Assembly: GCA_963733035.1 (NCBI GenBank)
Contig: CAVTBU010000005.1
Coordinates: 2,592,001 to 2,656,000, forward strand
Direction of reading: 5' to 3'
DNA: 64,000 nt
DNA from: Pirellulales bacterium
Lineage (GTDB): Bacteria; Planctomycetota; Planctomycetia; Pirellulales; PALSA-1355
Shown: piece after piece, positions 47,821-57,485 of the stretch
Position numbering within the stretch: position 1 is the stretch's first letter
How the letters are laid out: each line of letters starts with the position of its first letter
Translations under genes and position numbers: made by a program
The notes under the pieces: model-generated
The model's input: the letters and a program-made list of their open reading frames with translations, nothing else
The model's database searches: none
What the model was told of the DNA's origin: nothing

Positions 47821-48820
47821 CTAGGAAATCAGGATCGGCGTGAAGCAGAACACCGGAATCGCCAGCGATACGAAGCCAAATAGCCAGCGCTTCCAGCCCA
47901 GCCGCACGTTGTCGTCGCGCGTGGGCGGGTGATCGACGCCGAGCATGATCACGATCACCAGCATCAGCGTCCAGTTGTAGTGCTCGCCAAAGATGATGAA
48001 CAGGATCGCCAGCACCATGAACGAACGGGCGACCAGTTTCGCGCCGCGGCCAAACAGCCCATAGATGACGTGTCCGCCATCGAGTTGGCTGATCGGCAGC
48101 ATGTTCAGCCCCGTGATCAGCATGCCGACCCAGCCGGCCATCAGTAGCGGGTTGTTCTTGTTGAGGATCGCGTCGGGGGCAATGTCCGGGCGCCATCAGC
48201 TTGAAGATCAGCGGATCGCCCAAAACGATATCGGCGTTCGCCTGCATGACAGTCGCCCGCTGGATGCCAAACCAGATGATCGGCAGGGCCACGATCAGCC
48301 CGGCCCAGGGTCCGGAAATGCCGATGTCAAACAGTTGACGCCGGTTGGCGCGCGAGCCTTCCATGCCAATGACGGCCCCCATCGTACCTGTGAGCAGAAA
48401 CGGAACGGGAATGAAGAACGGCAGGCTGGCCGGCACCCGGTAGCGGAGCGTTTGGATAAAGTGTCCCATCTCGTGCGTGAGCAGAATCCCAATCACGGCC
48501 CCGGCATAGATCAGCCCTTGCCGCCAGTTCTGGGCAATCTTCTGGCCGATGGTGTCGTTGACGACGTAGGTGCCGGGGTCCCAATCGAGCGACCCGGCAA
48601 TGAACGTCGAAAGGCAGGTGGCGACAAACAGAAATACCGGCAGAAAAACCCGCCGAGGGCGGTGCTCGGCGACGTCAGCGGCCATCAACTCCCGCTGCAT
48701 GAATTCCGATCCGCGGGCCCCGTCGCCGGCCGCTTGGGCCGCTTGCCAGGCGGCAACCTCGGGAGTCAGTTCCGGCGGGGCCGGAGACCACTCAGATTCT
48801 TCCCCTCGTTCGTCGTTCAT
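47821..48820 (-). CDS. Site-2 protease (M50); frameshift near 48190
   Basis: THEMGH, GTMGAVI, FDIGISGP, NMLPISQLDGGH. Confidence 0.9.
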
Positions 48821-48952
48821 CCTTCCAGCATAGCAGCGAGGTGACGCGATTCGGAAGGGGCCGAATTCCCTGAATGGGAGTACTGACGTTCCACGATTAA
48901 GCGCCGCCGATAGAATCTTCCAGCGACTCAACGGAACGCGCAGGTTTCGCCT

Positions 48953-49294
48953 ATGATTTCCAGCCGTACGAGCCTTGTTGTTGCAATAACTCTCGCGGGG
49001 TGTTCATCCAGCCCGCGATCAGCTTACATCAATGACGTTTCCGTGCGCGCTTCAGACGATACCGGCTACCAAATCATCGAGGTCGATGGCACCGCAATGA
49101 AACGCCAACGCGGCTCATTCGTTACCTATGTCCCGCTGGGATTGGTCGAACCGGGCACGCATACATTCGTACTTCAGAGGAAGGACGCATCTGACGACAA
49201 GCTAGTGATTTCGGGAGTTGTTGAAGCGAACAAGAAATATCGGCTCGCCACCTGCGACGATGGGGCCATCCAGCTCGTCGAAGACAGTCCGTAG
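48953..49294 (+). CDS. Small lipoprotein, hypothetical
   Basis: LAGC lipobox; TAGAAT upstream. Confidence 0.6.
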   Translation: MISSRTSLVVAITLAGCSSSPRSAYINDVSVRASDDTGYQIIEVDGTAMKRQRGSFVTYVPLGLVEPGTHTFVLQRKDASDDKLVISGVVEANKKYRLATCDDGAIQLVEDSP

Positions 49295-49321
49295 CACTTA
49301 GATCGCCGTGCTACTTCCGTA

Positions 49322-51529
49322 CTACTCCCCATTCACCCGCTCCACCCGCAGCCCTTTGTATTCCCCAGTAAACCAGCGGGGGATGTCGTTTTTGTAGAAC
49401 CCGCTCACGATGCTTTCGCTGGGGCCGCCGGGCAGGTTCGTCCAGGCTTCGTCGGTCCCCATGTCGGTGACGAAGTGGTAGCTCGGTGCGAAAGATGCCT
49501 CGCGCCGTGCGACGCGCAGCAAGTGGCCCTGGAACGGCGTGGCGTAGCAGCCCGGCAGCGGCATCTCGCTGGTGTGCAGGCCGAAGGCGCGACCCACCAG
49601 CCGGCTCTCGACGAAGCGGTTGGTAAACTGAAAGCTGTTGATGGTCGACCACGGTGCATCGCGCTCGCTGGCCAATGCCGCCGCCGCGCGGCGAATCAAG
49701 TTCGACTTGTCTCGCCCTCGCCACCACAGCGAATCCTGGCGAACCAGCAGCTTGTCGATCGCCGTGAGCACCATCGTCGAAAAACCGACGCGGCTGCACA
49801 AATACATCATTCGTCGCCAGCCGATCCCGTGCTCATGGCCAAACACCTCCAGCAGCACATTGCGGTAAAACTGCGAAAACAACGTCGCCTCGTGGCTGGT
49901 GGGCGAGTAGCTACAGTCCCACCGCGCCAGGCGCTCCTTCAGCTCGCCGTCGGGCATGTGCGGCAGGAACACGCCCAACAGGTCGCGGGCTTGCAGACTC
50001 ACAACGTCGTATTGTAGCGCCTGCATGTCGGCGATCGTGGCCGGATTCAGCTCCGCGAGTCGCTCGTCGATCCGCCGCTTGCGATAGTTGGGCACCGGCT
50101 GCGTGATAAATACCGGCCCGCCGGGCGGATTGATATTCTCGTTGGCCGTGGCCACGTAGCCTTGTGGCGGATCGTAGATGCGCGGCAGCAAGTGGCTGGA
50201 GATCAAACCGCGCCAGTGATTCCGTCCCTCCCAAGCTGGCACCGGCAGCAGGCCGTTGTGGTTCTTTGCCCGTTTCGGAAACCAACCGCCGGCCTGCAAC
50301 CCAATGTGTCCCTCGCGATCGGCAAACACCCACACCAGCGTCGGCAGCGGACACTCGCGGGCAATGTCCATCGCGCTGAGCGCGTCGGGCGCGAACACAA
50401 AGTCGAGCCAGGTCGATATCGAGCGGCCCGCCCCCTTCATGTCTCCCACCCAGGAGTTCAACAGGTAGTAGCCGGGTTCGCCCGGACGCGGATCGGTTTC
50501 GAGCGTCCCCAGATCATTGTAAAGAACGCCCATCACCTCGGGCTTGTTCCCTTTGCGAACGATCGTTTCCTCGCGGATTCGAAAGTCGTGCCATTCGTCG
50601 CCGCGACGGTATTGCCACGCGCCGGTGCCCGACTGGCGGCAGTCTTCGATGAAGTGGTCGCTGGTGTCGCCTTTCAAATAGGTCACACCCCACGAAACGT
50701 CGCGCGTGCGGGCCACGGCGAACAGCGGACAACCCGGAAGCGTCGCGCCCAGCACGTAGTGGCCGTCTTCCCAGTGCAGTTCCGCTTCGTACCAGATGGC
50801 CGGCAGACGGTTAACTTCCAGGTGTGGATCGGAGGCCAACAGGGCCGACCCGGTCGCGCTGCGCTTGGGGGCGACCGCCCAGGCGTTGCTGCCGGCCAGG
50901 CGGGGCAGGTCGGTGATCAGCTCCAGGGCTTCGTCCGACAGCTGGCTGGCAATTTTGAGCTGCCGCAACAGGCCGATGTCGGCGTCGTCGAGCATCGGGC
51001 TGAACAGCTCGCGCAGCTTATCGTCGGCCACGCCCGCATGAATCAGGTCGAGAATGATTCGCTCGTTTTGCTGCTGCCCCACGACCAGCCCGCCGAAACT
51101 GAGCAGGTGCCCCATTAGCAGCACGCTCTTTTGGTTCCAGGGCTGCGGAATGAATCCGGTCGCCCACATCGGCAACGAGCGGCCCGAGTCCTTCATCCCG
51201 TCGTTGACGCCCTCGCAGTAGGTGGTCAACTGGTCGAACGTCTCGTCGTCGAGCTCGGCCACTTCCTCATCGAGATTCAAATACAGCCCCGTGCGGCGGA
51301 AGAAGCGGTCCATTTCGACCAGCTCGGGCTTGTCGGCAATCTGCTCGGCCGACTGCCCGCTGGCCACCGCCCGCGAAAACAGCAATTGCGTGGGCCGATC
51401 CATGCCATGCATGTAGCCCAAGCCATAGAGCGCGGCCCGCCACGAGCCGGCTGAGATGTGCGGAACCCCGTTGTCATCGCGGGCGACCGAAAACCGCCGG
51501 CGGGCATTCTTGGTAGGCAGGATTTTCAT
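49322..51529 (-). CDS. Penicillin acylase family (Ntn hydrolase, S45)
   Basis: RDDNGVPHI, GSNAWAV, ASDPHL, P.IWYE, ATANE; no signal peptide seen. Confidence 0.92.
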   Translation of the reverse strand: MKILPTKNARRRFSVARDDNGVPHISAGSWRAALYGLGYMHGMDRPTQLLFSRAVASGQSAEQIADKPELVEMDRFFRRTGLYLNLDEEVAELDDETFDQLTTYCEGVNDGMKDSGRSLPMWATGFIPQPWNQKSVLLMGHLLSFGGLVVGQQQNERIILDLIHAGVADDKLRELFSPMLDDADIGLLRQLKIASQLSDEALELITDLPRLAGSNAWAVAPKRSATGSALLASDPHLEVNRLPAIWYEAELHWEDGHYVLGATLPGCPLFAVARTRDVSWGVTYLKGDTSDHFIEDCRQSGTGAWQYRRGDEWHDFRIREETIVRKGNKPEVMGVLYNDLGTLETDPRPGEPGYYLLNSWVGDMKGAGRSISTWLDFVFAPDALSAMDIARECPLPTLVWVFADREGHIGLQAGGWFPKRAKNHNGLLPVPAWEGRNHWRGLISSHLLPRIYDPPQGYVATANENINPPGGPVFITQPVPNYRKRRIDERLAELNPATIADMQALQYDVVSLQARDLLGVFLPHMPDGELKERLARWDCSYSPTSHEATLFSQFYRNVLLEVFGHEHGIGWRRMMYLCSRVGFSTMVLTAIDKLLVRQDSLWWRGRDKSNLIRRAAAALASERDAPWSTINSFQFTNRFVESRLVGRAFGLHTSEMPLPGCYATPFQGHLLRVARREASFAPSYHFVTDMGTDEAWTNLPGGPSESIVSGFYKNDIPRWFTGEYKGLRVERVNGE

Positions 51530-51580
51530 CAGGTGATTGCGCCGAACCGAGTCAGTCCACCCCAAGTGTAGCACGGAGGG
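51401..51580. repeat. Direct repeat A, copy 1 (5' end of the acylase gene)
   Basis: Aligns with 53110-53288. Confidence 0.9.
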
Positions 51581-51754
51581 CTATTTGAGAGGATGCGAAT
51601 TAGCGGCACCAGCGATGCAAGCGGAGCGGGCCGCACAGCAAAGCACAACCTCGCGACCGTCGGCAGCACCTAATTTCTTCTACGAATCGTAGCGGCCGCT
51701 GGATCGCAACACGGGCGACCGCGATGCCTGCCGCCCGGTTTGTTCTCCCGGACT

Positions 51755-52768
51755 TCAAGCTGAATCGCCACGTTGCGGTCGGGTCAATTCCATGGGCAGG
51801 ACCAGGGCGCGATAACGACGACGCCAGCCGCAGGCGGCAAGCGCTGCTAGGCCGAGCGCGGCGGGGACGCAGGTTGAGGGCTCGGGAATCATGGCGACGC
51901 GGAAGCCGATATCGTCCCGCTCGAAACTTGGGTAGTAATCCGTTCGATACGTGAAGTACAAGTCGAGAAACGAGATGGAGCTGTATGAACCACCGCGCAG
52001 GCCTCGATGAGAGTAAGTACTAGTCTCGTTCCATTGCCAGACGTTTCCCGCCATGTCATACGCGCCGAAAGGGCTTGCTGTTGAGCTGTAAGCGCCCACG
52101 TCGGTTGGACCAGCACTACGATTAAAGTTCGCCGCATTCGGTGTTGAGGTAGGACTGGTTGGCGTGGGACCCGTACTGCTACTGGTCGGATAGTGAAAAT
52201 ACGAGCTCGTGAGCGGATTATAGTAGGCGGCCTTGTACCACTCGTCCTCGCTCGTTAGAAACACGGTGGCTCCAGCATTCCGTACGATGCTCCGGCCATT
52301 GATTGGCGTACCACCTGCGTCCAACGGACCAAGTGTGTAAGCTCCCGTCTCGGTACCGCCGGGTGCTTGGCCGTTGTTAAGCCAGTTTGCAAACCGAATT
52401 GCGTCATACCAACTAACCCAGTTCACCGGATGGTTGCCGCTGCCGGAGATCACGCTGTACTTGCTGCCGTTCGCGGCGCCGGGATCGTAGTCAATGCCGC
52501 CATAAACGGCCGAATAGCCCATCGAATAGTTGTACAGCCCGAGCAAATTTGCCCCGGTGGGATCGTTGGAGTTGAGAAACTCGACGTACTGACTGTTGGT
52601 GACGTCGTAGGTCCCGATGTTGAACGAGTAGCCTACGGCACCGTAGCCGGTCGAGTCGGCAGCGTTGCCAGGGTTGCCCACCGGCGACCAATCAATCGTG
52701 ACGGCCGAGGCCGACGACACCACGCTGAACAGAATGGCAACTGACACAGAAAGAACCAGGAAGCGCAC
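51755..52768 (-). CDS. FGE-sulfatase (SUMF1) domain protein with PEP-CTERM
   Basis: VGNPGN..D, VTNSQY..FLN, PVNWVSW, EDEWYKAA, DMAGNVWQW, RGGS, GFRVA, IPEPST. Confidence 0.9.
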   Translation of the reverse strand: MRFLVLSVSVAILFSVVSSASAVTIDWSPVGNPGNAADSTGYGAVGYSFNIGTYDVTNSQYVEFLNSNDPTGANLLGLYNYSMGYSAVYGGIDYDPGAANGSKYSVISGSGNHPVNWVSWYDAIRFANWLNNGQAPGGTETGAYTLGPLDAGGTPINGRSIVRNAGATVFLTSEDEWYKAAYYNPLTSSYFHYPTSSSTGPTPTSPTSTPNAANFNRSAGPTDVGAYSSTASPFGAYDMAGNVWQWNETSTYSHRGLRGGSYSSISFLDLYFTYRTDYYPSFERDDIGFRVAMIPEPSTCVPAALGLAALAACGWRRRYRALVLPMELTRPQRGDSA

Positions 52769-53057
52769 TTTGGCCTCGCTTACAATGGACGGAGGGACTA
52801 GAAACCGAGCAAGCAACCGCGACGAAAGTTGCTTAAGACAATGACGTGAAGGCTTGACGTATTAGCTGGTCTCGGTTTCGACGGGCGGGCCAAGGTTGGC
52901 CGTGAAGTGCGTGCGATTGTAATTACTCCGCATGCGGGGTGCAACCGATACGCTGATTTACGGGGCCTTCTAGGCGATTCGATCCGTCGTGGGCACCGAG
53001 AACACGTCAGTGCGCGACCTTCTTTGATTTATTGTCGCGATTTGTCGTGGGCTCGCG

Positions 53058-53288
53058 GCGATAAAGACGACGCCAGCCGCAGGCGGCAAGCGCTGCTAGG
53101 CCGGCGCGGCATGCCATGCAAGTAGCCCAGCCCATAGAGCGCGGCCGCCACGAACCGTCCGAGATGTGGGGAACTCCATTGTCATCGCGGGCGACCGACA
53201 ACCGCCGGCGGGCATTCTTGGTAGGCAGGATTTTCATCAGGTGATTGCGCCGAACCGAGTCAGTCCACCCCAAGTGTAGTACGGAGGG
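53058..53288 (-). pseudogene. Chimeric remnant: acylase 5' fragment fused to a PEP-CTERM tail
   Basis: 53110-53288 matches 51401-51580; 53058-53110 matches 51809-51862. Confidence 0.85.
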
Positions 53289-53372
53289 GTAATTCAACGC
53301 GATGCGAGTTGGGGGCGGGACGGGACTGAATTCCGCGGTCGGAAAGGGTCTAATTCGCGCGGGCTTTAAATC

Positions 53373-53942
53373 TCACGTCACAGCGATGAAGGCCACGCCC
53401 AGGTTGGGTAGATCCTCAATCGCCGATTTCAACGTGTCGGAGACCAAGATATCCAGCGTCCAGCGGCTGAGACGAAACAGATGGTGACCTGCGGCGCGGC
53501 TATGATCGATGCAGACCATCGAGATCATCCGGTAATGGCCAACTAGCTCGGGAGAGTCGTCCTCCTCAGTCCACAGGGTGAATTCCGAGCGTCCCTCGTC
53601 CAGGCACTCCACGCGACGGGTGATATTTAGGATCGCGTAGTTGCACTTGGCTCCCTCGATGATGACCGGGAAGTATTCCGCTGCGCCCGGCGCCACTCGT
53701 TCGATAATCTCCCGCACCGTTTGCGAAACCACCGGCAAGTCGAGAGCGCCGAGCGAAAACGCCGCCTCCTTCCCTAACTGACGAACCGGCACGCGCACTG
53801 GTACCGGCCCCGTATAGGGCACACCTTCGGTGAACTCGCATGGGTCGATTGTTTCACCATCAGCCGACAGCGGCCCCCGCAGGAACCATTGATCGGGAAG
53901 GTTTTCAAAATCAGAAACCAGGCGGTAGTAGGTTGCGGACAT
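53373..53942 (-). CDS. Imm11/DUF1629-like immunity protein
   Basis: W.L..P, F......PVVS, YFPV.I, Y.ILN....VECLDE.RS, HLFRL..W...ILVS..LK; 22 bp downstream of the AHH toxin. Confidence 0.8.
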   Translation of the reverse strand: MSATYYRLVSDFENLPDQWFLRGPLSADGETIDPCEFTEGVPYTGPVPVRVPVRQLGKEAAFSLGALDLPVVSQTVREIIERVAPGAAEYFPVIIEGAKCNYAILNITRRVECLDEGRSEFTLWTEEDDSPELVGHYRMISMVCIDHSRAAGHHLFRLSRWTLDILVSDTLKSAIEDLPNLGVAFIAVT

Positions 53943-53964
53943 AGGTACTTCTTGCTCTCACAAG

Positions 53965-55383
53965 TCATTTATAAAGCAGGCCATGTAGTTTTGTCCCTTT
54001 AGTCTGAACTTCTTTTGCAATTCTTTGAAGCTCACGAACTAGCGATTCTCTGCGTACAGGCATCCTTTTTCCCTTCGTCGCAGCCGCCAGTCTCCTATAA
54101 ATCTCATCATGATACTCGAATGAGTGTGGGCCTCGATGATCGGGAATTCTCACGATATTAGCGGCATCTGCGAGGTTCATTCCAGCGCGCTCGAACAGTT
54201 CGGCAAACTTCGGTGACCATGGCCCGCCCTTGAGTGTGGAGAGCCAGTTCTTGTTGGTTGCGATGTGGTGGGCTTGACTCTTTTCGGCAGCTGCGACACC
54301 TTGCTCGATTACGGCAATCGCTTCGCTCTCACTCTTTGCCGATTGAGCCTTTTTGAGCAACCTGCTCCGCTGACTTGGCGCTAGTTTGTGCAGCAGGTCT
54401 AACGCTTTTCCAGACAACCGAAGTTTTTTACCGCTTGACAGAACAACCAAGAGACGCTTGATCGGCTTCCGCAGATAGGCCATCAGCGGAAGCGCGAGTA
54501 GTAAGTGTTCGAATTGAAATCCATTTCTTTGGACATCGTCGATGTTGACGATCAGCTCGCCACTTGGCGTGAGTGACGCCAGCGAACTAACGTAGAACTC
54601 GGCGAGAAATGCCGCTTGACCTGCCGCCTCTTTGAAGGCCTTGGTTTGAAGCTCGGCGTACTGCTTCTCGATTTCCTCAGCCGTCAGCAGCTTCTTCTCG
54701 AGCACCTCGGCGTTGATCCGATTCGATCCGGAAGCGTACGCTTCGGCGAGAATCGCCAGCGCGGTATCACGCGCGGTAAACTCGGGCGACACGACGATCA
54801 CCAATCGGCCGTCGTCCTTTTCCGAGTAGTAACGGAACTGCAACCAGTTCCGCTCGCGCGAGCGGACGATCCCACGTTTCTGTTCCCAGATTCGCGCGAC
54901 GAACTCGTCGAGCACGGCAAGGATCTGCTTGACCTTCCGTTGATACGCTTCCGACGTCTCCGGGCCAGAACCGGCGAGCTCGTAACTTAATTCCGGCTCG
55001 GTCGGTTCGGCACGGTAGTCGACAGTGGCGTCTGTATCCTGACCGTCGTTGTAGAATTCGACTGCCGCTAACTGGAATGGAGGTTTCGAGATCCGCCCCT
55101 GCGTTCGGTCGGCCAAGAGGCCCTTGCCGCTGGCTCGCGATCTCAGGAGCGATTCCAGCGCGGCTCGTCCGTCCGGCTCGACGATCACGCCCGCTCCTCG
55201 TGAATGATCAAGAAACCTCGCCAAATCGGTTCGCCAGTCCTCCTCCGGCCAGTTGAGCGCCGCGTGCAACCAATCGCGGAGCGATTCCTGAAAACGGTCG
55301 AGCAGCCGATCGACGTGTTTGCTGGCCGGTCCGGTCGCCCGGCGATAGTGCTGCTCCCATTCCTGTGGGTCGAAGCTGTACAT
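53965..55383 (-). CDS. Polymorphic toxin with C-terminal AHH (HNH/EndoVII-fold) nuclease
   Basis: QAHHIATNK..GGPW..F..LF..AGM.L...AN.V....HRGPH..EYH..IY.RL. Confidence 0.82.
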   Translation of the reverse strand: MYSFDPQEWEQHYRRATGPASKHVDRLLDRFQESLRDWLHAALNWPEEDWRTDLARFLDHSRGAGVIVEPDGRAALESLLRSRASGKGLLADRTQGRISKPPFQLAAVEFYNDGQDTDATVDYRAEPTEPELSYELAGSGPETSEAYQRKVKQILAVLDEFVARIWEQKRGIVRSRERNWLQFRYYSEKDDGRLVIVVSPEFTARDTALAILAEAYASGSNRINAEVLEKKLLTAEEIEKQYAELQTKAFKEAAGQAAFLAEFYVSSLASLTPSGELIVNIDDVQRNGFQFEHLLLALPLMAYLRKPIKRLLVVLSSGKKLRLSGKALDLLHKLAPSQRSRLLKKAQSAKSESEAIAVIEQGVAAAEKSQAHHIATNKNWLSTLKGGPWSPKFAELFERAGMNLADAANIVRIPDHRGPHSFEYHDEIYRRLAAATKGKRMPVRRESLVRELQRIAKEVQTKGTKLHGLLYK

Positions 55384-55434
55384 GGGCTGCCCGTGAAGGC
55401 CTGCGAAGTCCGTGATTCCTAAAGCTCAGAGCGA

Positions 55435-56205
55435 TCAGTAGCGATACAAGGCGCGTCGATTGGCCTCGCGGGCAAAGATCTCCTGATCGAGGTCGAACAG
55501 GCGTTTGGCCACGATCTCGAGCTGTTTGTGACTCACGCCGGCTAGCTCTCGGACGGCCGCCTCCGCAACTCGGCGAATCGCCTCGTCGGTCAGGCTGACC
55601 TGCACATTGACCGTGAACGCCCCGGCGGCCGACTCGATCGAAGGCGACACCGCAAAGCTTGGCCGCGACTCTGACGGCGCAAACGCGGAGTGAACTGGCG
55701 GGGATGCTTCCGGTGCTGCCGACGGAGGCGATGGACCCGCCCGGCGTGCGGCCGACATATCCATCACCAACTGTTCAAACGGAGTCGGGGGCGGCAGCCG
55801 CCGCGGGCCAAAGTCGAATTTCTTTCCGCTGGACCTCCGCAGTTCCTCTTGGGCCGGTTCGGCTTTAGCGGCTGTCTCCGAATCGGCCGCGTTCGTGGAG
55901 TTGGTCCCGGGGACTGCCGGATTCGAACTGCCGTCATCAGCGGAGTTGTGTGCCGCTTCACTATCTGTCTTATCCTGTGCATTCAGGGAGGCCGACACCG
56001 CGTTCAAAAAGGCACTTGCCTCGGGGCTCTCCGCATCGTCAGTTCCAATTTCACCAGATGTGTCACCGGCGTCCGCTTCTTCATCGCTTCGCGCCTCGTC
56101 GATCGTGGAATCATTGGCCGATTGCTCGATTGATGCCGTTGGATCGATTGATTTGGCCGACAGATCGTCGTCGGGCATGGAATCGTCAAGATCGCGACGT
56201 GTCAT
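55435..56205 (-). CDS. Hypothetical protein, first gene of the toxin operon
   Basis: GGGAG RBS; acidic low-complexity N-terminus, helical C-terminus. Confidence 0.65.
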   Translation of the reverse strand: MTRRDLDDSMPDDDLSAKSIDPTASIEQSANDSTIDEARSDEEADAGDTSGEIGTDDAESPEASAFLNAVSASLNAQDKTDSEAAHNSADDGSSNPAVPGTNSTNAADSETAAKAEPAQEELRRSSGKKFDFGPRRLPPPTPFEQLVMDMSAARRAGPSPPSAAPEASPPVHSAFAPSESRPSFAVSPSIESAAGAFTVNVQVSLTDEAIRRVAEAAVRELAGVSHKQLEIVAKRLFDLDQEIFAREANRRALYRY

Positions 56206-56330
56206 GGCAAGCTCCCTAAATGCAACGAGCCCGCCGCCGAAATGAATCCGGAAGCGGGCTCTGCCGATACCTGGCTAGTGGGCCCAGGCTCTTTCAATAC
56301 CCAGTTGTGTTGATTGCTTGCGAGCTTAGC

Positions 56331-56351
56331 GGAAGTGGTGGCTCGATTTCA
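56331..56351 (-). promoter_or_regulatory. 21-bp motif TGAAATCGRGCCACCACTTCC, copy 1
   Basis: 20/21 identity with 57486-57506 in inverted orientation; function inferred. Confidence 0.45.
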
Positions 56352-56504
56352 CCTGCGTTTTCGAAAAACGTTTTGCGGTGACTTGTGCGAGTGATTTTGA
56401 AACCCTCGCAACTTTCTTCACTGGCAACCCGTTTCAGCGGCCTTGCGCTGCCGCGCGGCGTCTAGAAGCCTTGGGTGCAATATTCACGTGCTTGACTATC
56501 AGAT

Positions 56505-56614
56505 CGAGCCGTTCCGTGGCGACTGTCGCGTCCATGACGAGTCGTGCTGTCCCGTGGCAGTGTCGCCGGGGCTCGGGCGACTGGTCCCAAGTTGGACCGG
56601 GCCGCTGTTTTTTT
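56505..56614 (+). ncRNA. Candidate sRNA: long hairpin plus intrinsic terminator
   Basis: Nested stems 56505-56575; ctggtcc/ggaccgg followed by T7; no upstream + strand CDS. Confidence 0.35.
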
Positions 56615-56822
56615 GCGCCACTTAAGTCCCTCGCGGGCCCGATTGCGGATATGATGAACTTAGCCGCCCAGAAGCGTGCGAGCCACGCGAGGCGTGCCAT
56701 TCATCGTACGGCCAACGCCGCCCGCCGGCGATCAAAAGGTTTGCGCCATTGCGCCCCCTTTAATTACTCCCCACACAAGAATCTAGATGTTCTCGCGGTC
56801 CAAAGGGATCGATTTACCGGCC

Positions 56823-57251
56823 ATGAAACGAGCATTAATCATCGTGCTGCTAGCCGCGCTATCGGTAATTGCGTGTGGCTGTTTTGGCGAAGTGAAGAAT
56901 CAGGGCGTGCGCCGCATTTCCAATGCGACGATCTCGGTTCCTGGCAATCGTCATCCGGGCGAGGTGATTATGTTTCGTGTTACAGATTCGAAACTTCTCG
57001 AAGACCTACTTGCTCGGCCGTTGAGACAAGCAGTGAATTCACAGCCAGCCGATTACGCTTACCTTGGTGAGCTATCTATCGACTATCATGACGGAGGGAC
57101 GCAAACAATGCACCTCTTCTTGCCATTTGGGATGTTCGAGCAAGGCGACGCATACAAATTGGCAGACCTAAGCGCGCTCGAAAACGAGCTTCGCCAGTCG
57201 ATCGAACACGTCAATTCCGTCTTTACCAGCGCCGCGGGGGCATCCAACTGA
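56823..57251 (+). CDS. Hypothetical lipoprotein
   Basis: MKRALIIVLLAALSVIACGC lipoprotein-type signal. Confidence 0.65.
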   Translation: MKRALIIVLLAALSVIACGCFGEVKNQGVRRISNATISVPGNRHPGEVIMFRVTDSKLLEDLLARPLRQAVNSQPADYAYLGELSIDYHDGGTQTMHLFLPFGMFEQGDAYKLADLSALENELRQSIEHVNSVFTSAAGASN

Positions 57252-57485
57252 CGAGTATCGGCGACAATTCCCCCCAGTTGAGAGAAATAAGGTAGCAAAG
57301 AGGTATGGATAGACGTAAGGGGGCGCAAGCCTTTTTTGTGATCGCGTGAACCGTCGACTTTTAAATCGATCCACCGCTTCCCACACGATGGCTTTTGGTC
57401 TGGCGGACAGGCGCAATCGCCCTCGGAGTATCAAACGGAACGCCGGACGCGAGCCTCTTCTGAGCCCGCTGCGAAAACCTTTCCT

